20,000 bases of DNA from an uncultured virus (IMG/VR IMGVR_UViG_3300025109_000005) (IMGVR_UViG_3300025109_000005), one strand, 5' to 3'. Shown: positions 1 through 8,540, counted from the first letter of the stretch. Notes: generated by a model not told the origin, from the sequence alone. Translations and numbers: made by a program.

Positions 1-24
1 AAACCACGTCGTCAAGATTCTTAC

Positions 25-53
25 TTGACAGGCTGGCAGCATCGCTATAGTTT
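25..53 (+). promoter_or_regulatory. sigma70-type promoter for the helicase operon
   Basis: TTGACA (25-30), 17 nt, TAGTTT (48-53); purine-rich AAGGGG before ATG 77. Confidence 0.6.
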
Positions 54-76
54 CAGAGGGACCGCAAGGGGGTTCG

Positions 77-1966
77 ATGATCTGGCGACAGCCACACTAT
101 GTCTACCGCGTTCCCGCGAGCGCCGTCAGCATCGACTTGGATACCGTAGAGCACACTGTCCCGGGTGCCCTGGTCTACGCCTACTGGAACCAACGACGCT
201 ATCGACTGCGCCAGATGTCTCCCGACGAGAGAGTCGCTGTCTCCGAGTACGAAATCCTGGCACCCCTGCACGGAGCGTGGCTCGTCGAGTCGACGCTCGC
301 TCACCACCAGCTGCCCTACACTGCCATCGGCAAGGACGTAGAGGGTATCTCGTTCTGGAGTAACGTCGCAGAGGACCGAGCTGCGCTCGAGCAAGATGGA
401 CGCAACCGTGTCAACGACCTGATCTCCCGGGGAATCATCCGACCCCATGTCGCGGACATTCTCACGCCCTACCAGGCGATGTCCGTGAGCTGGGCGGTGA
501 GTCGTCCCTGGGTGTTCAACGTGTGGCCGTGCGGATCGGGCAAGACTCTTGGCGCCATCGTCGCCTCTTTCACGCGCACTGGCCCGACCCTCGTGCTCAG
601 TCCAGCTAAGGCACGGCATGTCTGGTGGTCCCAGGTGCAGGAATATAGCACGATCACGCCGTTCCGTGTACGTCCGCAGGGAGAAAGAAAAGAAGATGAC
701 GAGACTCTCGACAGCTACCTGCGCCGCATGGGCTCGTTGGCCTTTGTCGTGGTGGGTGGAGAAGCTGTCGGTTTGTACATCGATGAGATCAAGCGAGTGG
801 CGCCAACGGTTCTCATTCTCGATGAACTCCACACGCACGGGAGTCGCAAGCGGTGGCAGGCCATCCACAAGGAAGATGGCACCGTGGACTTCGAGAAGAA
901 GCGGACGAGCAAGAACAACGTGACCCGTGCTGCCCATGTCATGGAGGTTGCGAACATGGACGGCATCAACCTGCGCGTCGGCCTGACAGCCACGCCCCTG
1001 GACGACGGCAGGCCGCGCAGACTGTGGAGTCAGCTGGACCTGCTCACCCCGGGTGGCTTCAGCCACAGCTTCAGCAAGTTCGCGTTCCGTCACTGTGATG
1101 CCGCGCCAGGACAGTATGGGGGCTTCGACGACCGGGGCAGCAGCAACCTCGACGAGCTCCGGTCACGGTGCAGCTTCTTCACGCACGAGGTTCCCTATAG
1201 CGAGAGTCACGCCGCGCTCCCTGATACCCGGGTGCAGGTCGTCTACTTGGACCGCTCAGAACTGAACGGGGCAGGTCGGTTCAGCGACGAGCAGACATTC
1301 AAGCAGGCGTTCAAGTCTCTGTCGAAGGAGACCAAGTTCAACTATGTCGCTCGAGAGCGTATGATCGAAGCGAGGCTCGCAGAAGCCTGCAGTCGAAAGC
1401 GGGGGTTCGTCATCGACGAGGTGAAGCAAGGCGTGCGTGGTGGTGGCAAGGTGGCAGTGTTCACAGCAAGGCGTAACGAGGCCGAGGTGTGGGCGCACAA
1501 GATCAAGAAGTCTCTCACCGAAGGCGACGAGAAGCTCGCGGACATCACGGTGTGGACAGCTCACGGAGGTGTCTCCGAGACCGAGCGAGATCGCATCACC
1601 GATGCGTACCGAGACCACTCTGGTCCTTGCGTGCTCGTGGCGACAGGGCAGAGCGTAGGCACAGGTGTTGATGGACTTCAGACCACAGACGTTGCCATCT
1701 TCGCGATGCTGCCGTGGAAGCCCGGTGATTTTACGCAGTGGAAGGGTCGGTTCGACCGACTCGGAGGAAACCCGACGCTGTTGAAGGTCATCGTTGCGAC
1801 CGGCACTTACGACGAGCGGGTGGTAGGGATTCTCGTGGAGAAGTTCGGACCCATCGAGCAGTTCCTCCAGGCAGATGAGTTGGAGGGCCTGGACACCAAG
1901 CTGCTCGGCATTGCTGACAAGGACGCCATGGTCAACAGCATTGTCAGCAGACTGGAGGCACTGTGA
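77..1966 (+). CDS. SNF2-like superfamily 2 helicase
   Basis: Motif I PCGSGKT, motif II LILDELH, motif III LTATP, LWSQL, motif V GTGVDGLQ, motif VI QWKGRFDRLG; 629 aa. Confidence 0.9.
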   Translation: MIWRQPHYVYRVPASAVSIDLDTVEHTVPGALVYAYWNQRRYRLRQMSPDERVAVSEYEILAPLHGAWLVESTLAHHQLPYTAIGKDVEGISFWSNVAEDRAALEQDGRNRVNDLISRGIIRPHVADILTPYQAMSVSWAVSRPWVFNVWPCGSGKTLGAIVASFTRTGPTLVLSPAKARHVWWSQVQEYSTITPFRVRPQGERKEDDETLDSYLRRMGSLAFVVVGGEAVGLYIDEIKRVAPTVLILDELHTHGSRKRWQAIHKEDGTVDFEKKRTSKNNVTRAAHVMEVANMDGINLRVGLTATPLDDGRPRRLWSQLDLLTPGGFSHSFSKFAFRHCDAAPGQYGGFDDRGSSNLDELRSRCSFFTHEVPYSESHAALPDTRVQVVYLDRSELNGAGRFSDEQTFKQAFKSLSKETKFNYVARERMIEARLAEACSRKRGFVIDEVKQGVRGGGKVAVFTARRNEAEVWAHKIKKSLTEGDEKLADITVWTAHGGVSETERDRITDAYRDHSGPCVLVATGQSVGTGVDGLQTTDVAIFAMLPWKPGDFTQWKGRFDRLGGNPTLLKVIVATGTYDERVVGILVEKFGPIEQFLQADELEGLDTKLLGIADKDAMVNSIVSRLEAL

Positions 1967-2652
1967 AGCCTGCGAAGAAGCCGAGCTACGATATACGTCA
2001 ATGTCCGTTGACTGTTGTTCGCGATCTTTGTGAGCGGTTTCATGGGTACAAGAGCGCAGGAAGTAACGCAACGTATTGTTTTGCCGTCTACGAAAATGAC
2101 TGCGCAATAGCCGGCTATATCTGGTCGCCTCCGCCACCCGGTGCGGCACGCTCAGTGTGCCCTGAAGCGCCTCATGGTGTCTTGGCGTTGTCTCGTATGG
2201 TCGCTGTTCCCCGAGAAGAAAGACAGCTAAACCATATCAGTAAACCTTTGCGTCGTCAGATGCGGACCTTGATTGATCGTGGTCGTTGGCCCGTGTTGAT
2301 CACCTACCACGATGAGGGTCAAGGTCACACAGGCCACGTCTATAAGTGTTCTGGCTGGAAGCCGACTACACGTAATCGTCGACCGGTGTACGAGACTGTC
2401 GAGGGTAAGCGCGCGTCTTCTTACAGTAACGGCAAACATGGTAAGCGCAAACTGAGCCGAGTCGGCTGGACCTATGTACAACGATGGGAGCATTGGTCAT
2501 GTGCGCAAGGAACTGCGGCAGAGCACATCAAGCGCAGCGGTTGGGTGCGAGTACCCATACCCGGAAAGACATGGAAGTCGGGAAACCCTGCACACAGGTA
2601 TGAGTTCAAGCCAAAACAACTAACGAGCGCACCGGTAGTTAGGAGATCTAGC
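1963..2652 (+). CDS. Mom-like GNAT-fold DNA modification domain (N-terminal part of ORF 1963-3639, no stop before the nuclease)
   Basis: GTGA overlap with helicase stop; RFHGY, LALSRMV, LITYHDEGQGHTGHVYKCSGW resemble the Mom-family HY / ELxR / ISYAD..GHxGxIYxAxNW pattern; lower GC than flanks. Confidence 0.7.
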
Positions 2653-3639
2653 ATGACGGAAAAGCTAATCGACGCAGGGCGAAGCCTCCGTGGATGGAGT
2701 CGGGTCGGCAACTTCTTCAAGTGCCCGCAGCTGTACTCCTATGACCAGCACCTGCACATCGACCTGATACCTGCGAGCGCACTCACGCGAGGTTCGATGG
2801 GTCATGTCATGCAGGCGCACCAGCATGCCATCTGGGGTGCGCGGCAAGGGAGCGTGCTGGTCGACGGGGTGAAGCACACGGACTCACGAGACTTTCTCGA
2901 GCCCGCTGAAGCGATGTCTGTCTGGTGCGACCAGTACGGTGGAGACGAGCACTTCGACAGGATGCTCGACACGTTCGACAACTACATCATGCAGTACCCC
3001 GACCCGCCTGGACGCATCGTTGCTGTCGAGACTTCGGTGACTGCCGTGATCGGTACGCGTGAAGGGCAGTGGGGTCTATGGGTGGTTCATCCTGACGTAG
3101 GCGATCTCGACCAGCCGGTCACATCCGTTCCAGGCATCGACGGAGTCGTCATCGAGATCACGCCGCTCAACATGCCGGGCCATGACAGGCACGACTGCCC
3201 GATCTACCTGACTCGACGCATGGACCTGGTGGTCGAAGACCGCATGGGGCGCATCGCCATCTGGGACCACAAGCACCAAGCTAATGTTCAACCTAACCGA
3301 AGCGTAGATGCCTACGCCATCGACGGTGGATTCGCTGCATTCCGCATCATGGGCAGGCAGCTGTATGGTCGCAACTTCGGTGGGCTGCTGCTCAACCTGA
3401 TTCAGACCCAACCCTCTTGGAAGGTCGCTCGTCGAAGCGTGCCACCTACACCGCATCGGGACAGTCACTTCTGCGACATGCTCTGGCGCGCCGAGCACAG
3501 TCTCGCACAACTCGAGGCGAGCAATCTCGACCCGTGGATGTGGCCCAAGGCGATGAATGAAACGGCCTGCTATGGGCGCTACGGCGCCTGCTCGGCCATC
3601 AAGCTCTGTTTCTTCGGAGAGAGAGGAAAAGTCTGTTGA
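2653..3639 (+). CDS. Cas4/AddB-like PD-(D/E)XK exonuclease with probable 4-Cys Fe-S staple (C-terminal part of ORF 1963-3639; own start at 2653)
   Basis: AGGAG (2641-2645) 7 nt before ATG 2653; WSR..FFKCPQ, RGSMGH, VAVE, MDLVV..IWDHK, terminal CYGRYGACSAIKLC. Confidence 0.8.
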   Translation: MTEKLIDAGRSLRGWSRVGNFFKCPQLYSYDQHLHIDLIPASALTRGSMGHVMQAHQHAIWGARQGSVLVDGVKHTDSRDFLEPAEAMSVWCDQYGGDEHFDRMLDTFDNYIMQYPDPPGRIVAVETSVTAVIGTREGQWGLWVVHPDVGDLDQPVTSVPGIDGVVIEITPLNMPGHDRHDCPIYLTRRMDLVVEDRMGRIAIWDHKHQANVQPNRSVDAYAIDGGFAAFRIMGRQLYGRNFGGLLLNLIQTQPSWKVARRSVPPTPHRDSHFCDMLWRAEHSLAQLEASNLDPWMWPKAMNETACYGRYGACSAIKLCFFGERGKVC

Positions 3640-3664
3640 CCCGCTGGGTCGCATCGGATAGTGT
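3636..3664 (+). promoter_or_regulatory. sigma70-type promoter upstream of the Sak4-like gene
   Basis: TTGACC (3636-3641), 17 nt, TAGTGT (3659-3664). Confidence 0.5.
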
Positions 3665-3690
3665 CTCTATAGTTTGACTGGAGAACCAAC

Positions 3691-4656
3691 ATGGAAAGCC
3701 CCGTAATGATCTGTGTGTACGGGAAGCCGAAGAGGGGTAAGACCTCCGACGCTCTCGCTGCATTCCCGAATGCCCTGTTTATCGGCGTACCGAGTGCCAT
3801 TAGCCTCGTTGCGCAGAATGAGCTCGGGTTCACACCCGCTCTTCACACGCATCCTCCGCAGACGCTTGACGCCCTGGTACAGGTGCTCAAGGAACTTCAC
3901 GAGAGCGGAGCCGCCAAGAACTACGGTGCCATCGTCATTGACGACGCCAGCCACATCTGTCGACAGAGCATGCTCTTCTGGCAGGCGAATGCACCTCGAG
4001 GACGGTCGGGTAAGCCTGACCGCTTCTACCAGTACCAGCAGCTCAACGTGCACCTGCTCACGCTCAGCTCCATGAGCCGGCACCTGGGCTGTCACCTCCT
4101 CATGACCTTTCACGAGAGAGCACCGGGACACAACGCCGATGGTGCATTCTGCCCCGGCGGTCCCGACGTACCCAGCCGCAACCAGGTAGAGATGTTGCCG
4201 TCGTGGTGCGACATGAGCCTCCGCACGCTGATCGACCCGACGTACCCAGATCCGTGGTTCCAGGCGATCTATTCGTGCAACCCCTCTGATCCCGACTGGA
4301 TCACAGGTGACCGCACAGGTGTCTGTTCGAGCAGGACCCCTGCGAACATCCGAGAAATCCTGCGCGCGAGTCAGTCCGGCTACGAGCTCTCTCGCCTCGC
4401 CGGACTCGAGTGGCAAGAGGATGTTGCCAACCGAGTTGCCAACGGGCTACAGGATGGTGAGGATCTTCGCGGGCTGCTTCAGCAAATCGCAGCCGGACAC
4501 TCGGGCGACCCGCGCCACCTGCGGTGGGCCTGTCAGGACGGCATTGCTCGCGGAGTCCTCTCTCGACGCCTCAACCGAGGCTTGTTCGATTTCACTCTCG
4601 AGGAGTCATCCTCAAAACCCGGCGGCAATCTGCCACCACCCCCACCAACCCCCTAA
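3691..4656 (+). CDS. Sak4-like / AAA_24 P-loop ATPase (putative single-strand annealing recombinase)
   Basis: Walker A VYGKPKRGKT, Walker B IVIDD, LLMTFHER; lies between exonuclease and SSB-like gene; GGAG RBS. Confidence 0.8.
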   Translation: MESPVMICVYGKPKRGKTSDALAAFPNALFIGVPSAISLVAQNELGFTPALHTHPPQTLDALVQVLKELHESGAAKNYGAIVIDDASHICRQSMLFWQANAPRGRSGKPDRFYQYQQLNVHLLTLSSMSRHLGCHLLMTFHERAPGHNADGAFCPGGPDVPSRNQVEMLPSWCDMSLRTLIDPTYPDPWFQAIYSCNPSDPDWITGDRTGVCSSRTPANIREILRASQSGYELSRLAGLEWQEDVANRVANGLQDGEDLRGLLQQIAAGHSGDPRHLRWACQDGIARGVLSRRLNRGLFDFTLEESSSKPGGNLPPPPPTP

Positions 4657-4670
4657 GGGACTAAACCATC

Positions 4671-5318
4671 ATGGCAACTTTCCAAATCCCCGGTGAAATC
4701 ATCACCTCTGTCACCGCTCTCGGTGGCGGTGCGCCCCCGTCCGGCTACTACGCCGCAAAGATCGAGAAGATCGAACCTCACCCGTCGCGCGCCACGGCTC
4801 GTCGGATGACCCTGTCGTTCCAGGGCTTCTCCTGCACTGACTGGCTGAACACCCCCTACGATGTCGAAGGGAAGGCTATCGCCGGTCTCAACGAGAAGCA
4901 GGTTCGCGGCATGGTTGCTGCGATCAAGAGTGTCTTCCTGTCCGCTGGGTACACCAACGAACAGATGTCTCAGGGAATCAGCGACGACTGGCTGATCGAC
5001 AAGAGCGTCTGGCTCGAGTGGCATGCCGCCAAGGATTTGGGGGCCACCTACGGAAAGATCGACCGATACCTCACACAGGTTTCCTTCGACACTTTCCAGG
5101 CCGACGGATCCAAGCCGGCAGTTGCAGGAGCTGACGCTGTCAGTTCAAGCAGTGCCTCTGCAGCCGTTCCACCTGCGGTCGCTGCTGCAACACCGGCTCC
5201 GGCAGCTACTGTGGCTCCGGCTCCTGTTCCTGCACCTTCCAATGGTGCCTCTCAGACGACGATTGGTGGGGCTGTTCTGCCTCCTCCGCCCGTCGGCGCG
5301 CAGGGCCTGACCCAGTAG
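4671..5318 (+). CDS. Putative phage single-stranded DNA-binding protein (DUF669-like) with Ala/Pro-rich tail
   Basis: PPSGYYAAKIEKIE N-terminal motif, low-complexity tail, position directly after Sak4-like gene. Confidence 0.6.
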   Translation: MATFQIPGEIITSVTALGGGAPPSGYYAAKIEKIEPHPSRATARRMTLSFQGFSCTDWLNTPYDVEGKAIAGLNEKQVRGMVAAIKSVFLSAGYTNEQMSQGISDDWLIDKSVWLEWHAAKDLGATYGKIDRYLTQVSFDTFQADGSKPAVAGADAVSSSSASAAVPPAVAAATPAPAATVAPAPVPAPSNGASQTTIGGAVLPPPPVGAQGLTQ

Positions 5319-5324
5319 TTGTCA

Positions 5325-5370
5325 GGGGGTGGCCTCGACACCGGCACGTCGAGGTCATCCCCACCCTTTC
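5325..5370 (+). terminator. 15-bp stem-loop (terminator, attenuator or processing site) between SSB and polymerase
   Basis: GGGGGTGGCCTCGAC (5325-5339) pairs with GTCGAGGTCATCCCC (5348-5362) with 2 GU pairs and an 8-nt loop; short pyrimidine tail ACCCTTTC. Confidence 0.6.
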
Positions 5371-5381
5371 TCCGGTGCAGT

Positions 5382-8087
5382 TTGACTTTCAATCCCCAAG
5401 AACACGGCGCAAAGTGCGAGGTGTGTCCGCTCGGACCTCGTGGCTGCTTCAACGATGAGGACTGGCGCCCTGTCGGTCCAGAGATTCATGAAGGTGCCAC
5501 AGTTCTCGCTGTCGGAGAGAGTCCGTCGCACGAGGACACCCACCACCAGCGTCCTTTCATGGGTCGAGGCGCATCAGAGTGGGCGACAGCGCTGGCTGTG
5601 ATCTGCAAGAGTCGGCCCGACATCGACCTCACCAACGTCATTGCGTGCAAGCCTCCTGGTCAGGCCAGTGGTGCCTGGACACGGATGACGCGGAAGCTCG
5701 ACCGACTGAACAAGTCTCGACAGAGCAAGGGGCAACAGCCTCACCCTCACCCGATGACCTGTTGCCTGCCGCACTTGCACAGTCTGGCTGCCAAGTACGA
5801 GAACATCATCACGCTTGGTCGTATCGCGACACTCGCCCTGACTGGGCAGAACAAGAGCATCTTCTCTGTTCGCGGCGGCCCTATCTACGTCGATGAAGAC
5901 TGGCAGACTTCCGGGGAGGGCCGGCGCGTCTTTCCCACCGTGCACCCGGACTACATTACTCGAGCGCCGTCCTGGCGCAGTGTCCTGCACGCAGACCTGG
6001 GTAAGGCGTTTCGCTGGTTCACCGGAGCACTCAAGTGGACAGACCCAGACATTCTCTGGCGTCCATCGCCCGATGATCTACGCACCTTTCTTGCGCAGCC
6101 TGCACCCTACTGGGCATACGATGTGGAGACTGATGGAGTCGAGCCATTGGAGTGCGGGCTGCGCACCATCGCCATTGCCATCCCTGACCTGGATAGCAAG
6201 GGCCGAGTCGTCAAGGGTGGCCGGTCTGTTGCCCAGAACAGTTATGCCGTGGGCATCACGCTCCAGTCTGTGCGAGGCGCTCGGTGGCTCTGCCCCGAAG
6301 ACGAAGCCGAGATCAAGGACATCCTGTGCAAGGCGTTCACCGACGGGCGCACCTGGGTGGGGCACAACGCGGGTAGCTTCGACCGGATGGTCATCGAGAA
6401 CCACCTCGGTGTCACCCCCGCGCCTCTCGTCGATACCCTCTTCTCCACGCGGTTCCGTGCGCCAGACCTACCGAAGGGGCTGAAGACAATCGGATCCATC
6501 CTGACAGACGTGGAGCGGTGGGAATCCACAGAGAAAGGCGCAAGCATCTCGACAGGCACCACCGATGACGACGAGCTCCTCCGATACAACTGCATCGACA
6601 CCGTAGTCAACGCGCGCATCCTGCCCCCGCTCATCGAAGCGACAGACTTCAACGGTGCCTTCAGACAGCTGCCCGCGTGGGCGCGGCCTGCAAGCTGGCC
6701 CGACAAGCCCTGGAACCTACACCAGGTCGACCATGCCACCCAGGACATGTGCGTGCAGATGCACAAGGCAGGTGTCTGGATTGACCAGACTCGTCGTCGT
6801 CAACTCGAGGACCACTACACGGTCTTGGTGGGTCAACGTCAGAAGTGGCTCATCGATGAAGCCCGGGGATGGACGCAGACGTTCAACAACCCGGGTAGCG
6901 GGGACCAGGTACGCAACCTGCTCTACGACATCTGGTCACTGGGCATCCCTCCACAAATCGATGCGCGTGAGTTCTACACCGAGACGGGTCTCCCAGGAAC
7001 GGGGGATGCAGTCATCCGAGCGCACCTCGCTGCAGACAATGTCACTGCGAATCAAGCGACGTGGCTCAAGCAGCTGCGTGTGTATCGGCGGGAAAAGAAC
7101 AAGATCCTGGGCACTGTGCTCATCCCCATGCGCAGACGAGATGCAGACCCCGTGAAGGGCATCGTGTTCGAGGACGGTCGTGTCCGCAGCAACTGGAACG
7201 CACACGTCACCAGTGTGGGCAGGCTCAGCTCCAGTGGTCCGAACCTACAAAACATCGGCAACCGCAAGGGTCAGGCTCCGCTCAAGAGCATCTTCTCCGC
7301 ACCTCCTGGTCGAATGTTCATCGGGGCGGATCTGGACCAGGCCCACTTGAGAATCACCGCATGCTACTGGCGCATCCCGATGCTCCTCGAGTGCTTCGCC
7401 AGCGGACAGGACCCACACAACACGCTGGCGTGGAGCGTGTTCGGCGACAAGTTCAAGAGCGCAGACGGCTGGGGCCCAGACGGATTCAGCCTTCACCGCA
7501 AGCCCCCGGGCGGCCAGGCCAAGTCCATGCGCGACATCATCAAGACGTTCAGGTACGCATCCATCTACTGGGCGTCTCCCGCAACGGTCTGGCAGGTGCT
7601 CACTTCGACGGAGACGGATGAGGGCGATCTCCCCTACCTGGGATTCAGTCTGCGAGATGTTCGGTTCATCCACGATGCGTGGCTCGAGGCAGAGCCCGAA
7701 TGGATGAAGGCATGGCAGTCAATGCTCAAGCTCTACCGCCAACAGGGATTCATGGACGAGCCTGTGTTCGGCAGACGGTCGGGCCCCCTGAGCGATGGCA
7801 AGAAGAACGAAGTGGTCAACTACCCGATATTGAGTGCCGAGTCTGCCGTCATGCGGATTGCCGAGCAGCGTCTGATCGAGCAGTTCCCCTATGGATTCGC
7901 AGGACCCGGCACGGGACTCATCCACCAGTGCCACGACAGCGTTGCCATCGAAGTGCCCGACGAGGGAGAGCATCAGCTCGAGCAGTGGCGCAAGCTCGTC
8001 GAGCAGTGCATGACCGTCGAGGTTCCCGGGTGGGTGGTCACCATGACTTCCGAGGCCGCAGTCGGTAAGACTCTGAAGGAGGTCTGA
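5382..8087 (+). CDS. Family A DNA polymerase with N-terminal family-4 uracil-DNA glycosylase domain and 3'-5' exonuclease (SPO1-type architecture); start uncertain (TTG 5382 preferred over 5319)
   Basis: UDG: CEVCPL, GESPS..ED..RPFMG, TNVIACKPP, ITLG, PTVHP. Exo I YDVETDG, Exo II GHNAGSFD, Exo III YNCID. Pol: GRLSSSGPNLQNI, motif A ADLDQAHLR, motif B RDIIKTFRYASIYW, motif C CHDS. Confidence 0.93.
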   Translation: MTFNPQEHGAKCEVCPLGPRGCFNDEDWRPVGPEIHEGATVLAVGESPSHEDTHHQRPFMGRGASEWATALAVICKSRPDIDLTNVIACKPPGQASGAWTRMTRKLDRLNKSRQSKGQQPHPHPMTCCLPHLHSLAAKYENIITLGRIATLALTGQNKSIFSVRGGPIYVDEDWQTSGEGRRVFPTVHPDYITRAPSWRSVLHADLGKAFRWFTGALKWTDPDILWRPSPDDLRTFLAQPAPYWAYDVETDGVEPLECGLRTIAIAIPDLDSKGRVVKGGRSVAQNSYAVGITLQSVRGARWLCPEDEAEIKDILCKAFTDGRTWVGHNAGSFDRMVIENHLGVTPAPLVDTLFSTRFRAPDLPKGLKTIGSILTDVERWESTEKGASISTGTTDDDELLRYNCIDTVVNARILPPLIEATDFNGAFRQLPAWARPASWPDKPWNLHQVDHATQDMCVQMHKAGVWIDQTRRRQLEDHYTVLVGQRQKWLIDEARGWTQTFNNPGSGDQVRNLLYDIWSLGIPPQIDAREFYTETGLPGTGDAVIRAHLAADNVTANQATWLKQLRVYRREKNKILGTVLIPMRRRDADPVKGIVFEDGRVRSNWNAHVTSVGRLSSSGPNLQNIGNRKGQAPLKSIFSAPPGRMFIGADLDQAHLRITACYWRIPMLLECFASGQDPHNTLAWSVFGDKFKSADGWGPDGFSLHRKPPGGQAKSMRDIIKTFRYASIYWASPATVWQVLTSTETDEGDLPYLGFSLRDVRFIHDAWLEAEPEWMKAWQSMLKLYRQQGFMDEPVFGRRSGPLSDGKKNEVVNYPILSAESAVMRIAEQRLIEQFPYGFAGPGTGLIHQCHDSVAIEVPDEGEHQLEQWRKLVEQCMTVEVPGWVVTMTSEAAVGKTLKEV

Positions 8088-8509
8088 TGACAACCGCACG
8101 CTGGTTCCTGGCACACAGCAAGAGCTGTCCGGTCGAGCACATCGATACCTGGGCCAAGGCACTCACCCCAGCACTCACCTCACCGGGGTGGGATGCGCAG
8201 GTCACCTCGGCTCGAGACGACTATGAGCTCCGCGCGCGAGCAATGGGTGGGTGGCACCGCTGGTGCCAGGACGTGCCGAGGGGTGTGCGGTGGGATGGTA
8301 CGCCACTCTTCCACGGCATCATCATTCCCGAAGGACCCATCGTCGGTCGAGCGACAGACAGTCTGATTCGTGGGTTCCTCGATGCGGGTAAACATGTCTT
8401 TGCGTGGGAGCCCAGCACAGGCAGATTCCACGCTGTCAGCGGATTAAAGGAGCTCGGGCTCGACAACTGGAAGCAGTGGTCGAAAATCGTGTTGACTTCT
8501 ATATCTTGA
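8087..8509 (+). CDS. Hypothetical protein, possibly a degenerate nucleoside 2-deoxyribosyltransferase-like fold
   Basis: TGATG coupling to polymerase with AGGAGG RBS; N-terminal WFLAHS and C-terminal VGRATDSLIRGFLDAGKHVF resemble NDT YLAxP ... GxGTxxExxxAxxxGKPV. Confidence 0.55.
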   Translation: MTTARWFLAHSKSCPVEHIDTWAKALTPALTSPGWDAQVTSARDDYELRARAMGGWHRWCQDVPRGVRWDGTPLFHGIIIPEGPIVGRATDSLIRGFLDAGKHVFAWEPSTGRFHAVSGLKELGLDNWKQWSKIVLTSIS

Positions 8510-8520
8510 ATCGTTACCAT
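8492..8520 (+). promoter_or_regulatory. sigma70-type promoter upstream of the Rad50-like gene
   Basis: TTGACT (8492-8497), 17 nt, TACCAT (8515-8520); AGGAG RBS before ATG 8541. Confidence 0.6.
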
Positions 8521-8540
8521 CAGGGAATACAGGAGCAGTC

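Noticed and set aside
2653..3639. Cas4-like nuclease as evidence of a CRISPR-Cas locus
   Set aside because: No repeat-spacer array or other cas genes; solo Cas4/AddB-like exonucleases beside Sak4 and SSB are standard phage recombination modules
5319..5381. Polymerase start at TTG 5319
   Set aside because: Would run through a 15-bp hairpin and add a non-domain-like leader; UDG-like sequence begins near 5382
5382..8087. Intein or intron in the polymerase
   Set aside because: Length is accounted for by UDG + exonuclease + polymerase domains; no splice-junction or homing-endonuclease motifs seen
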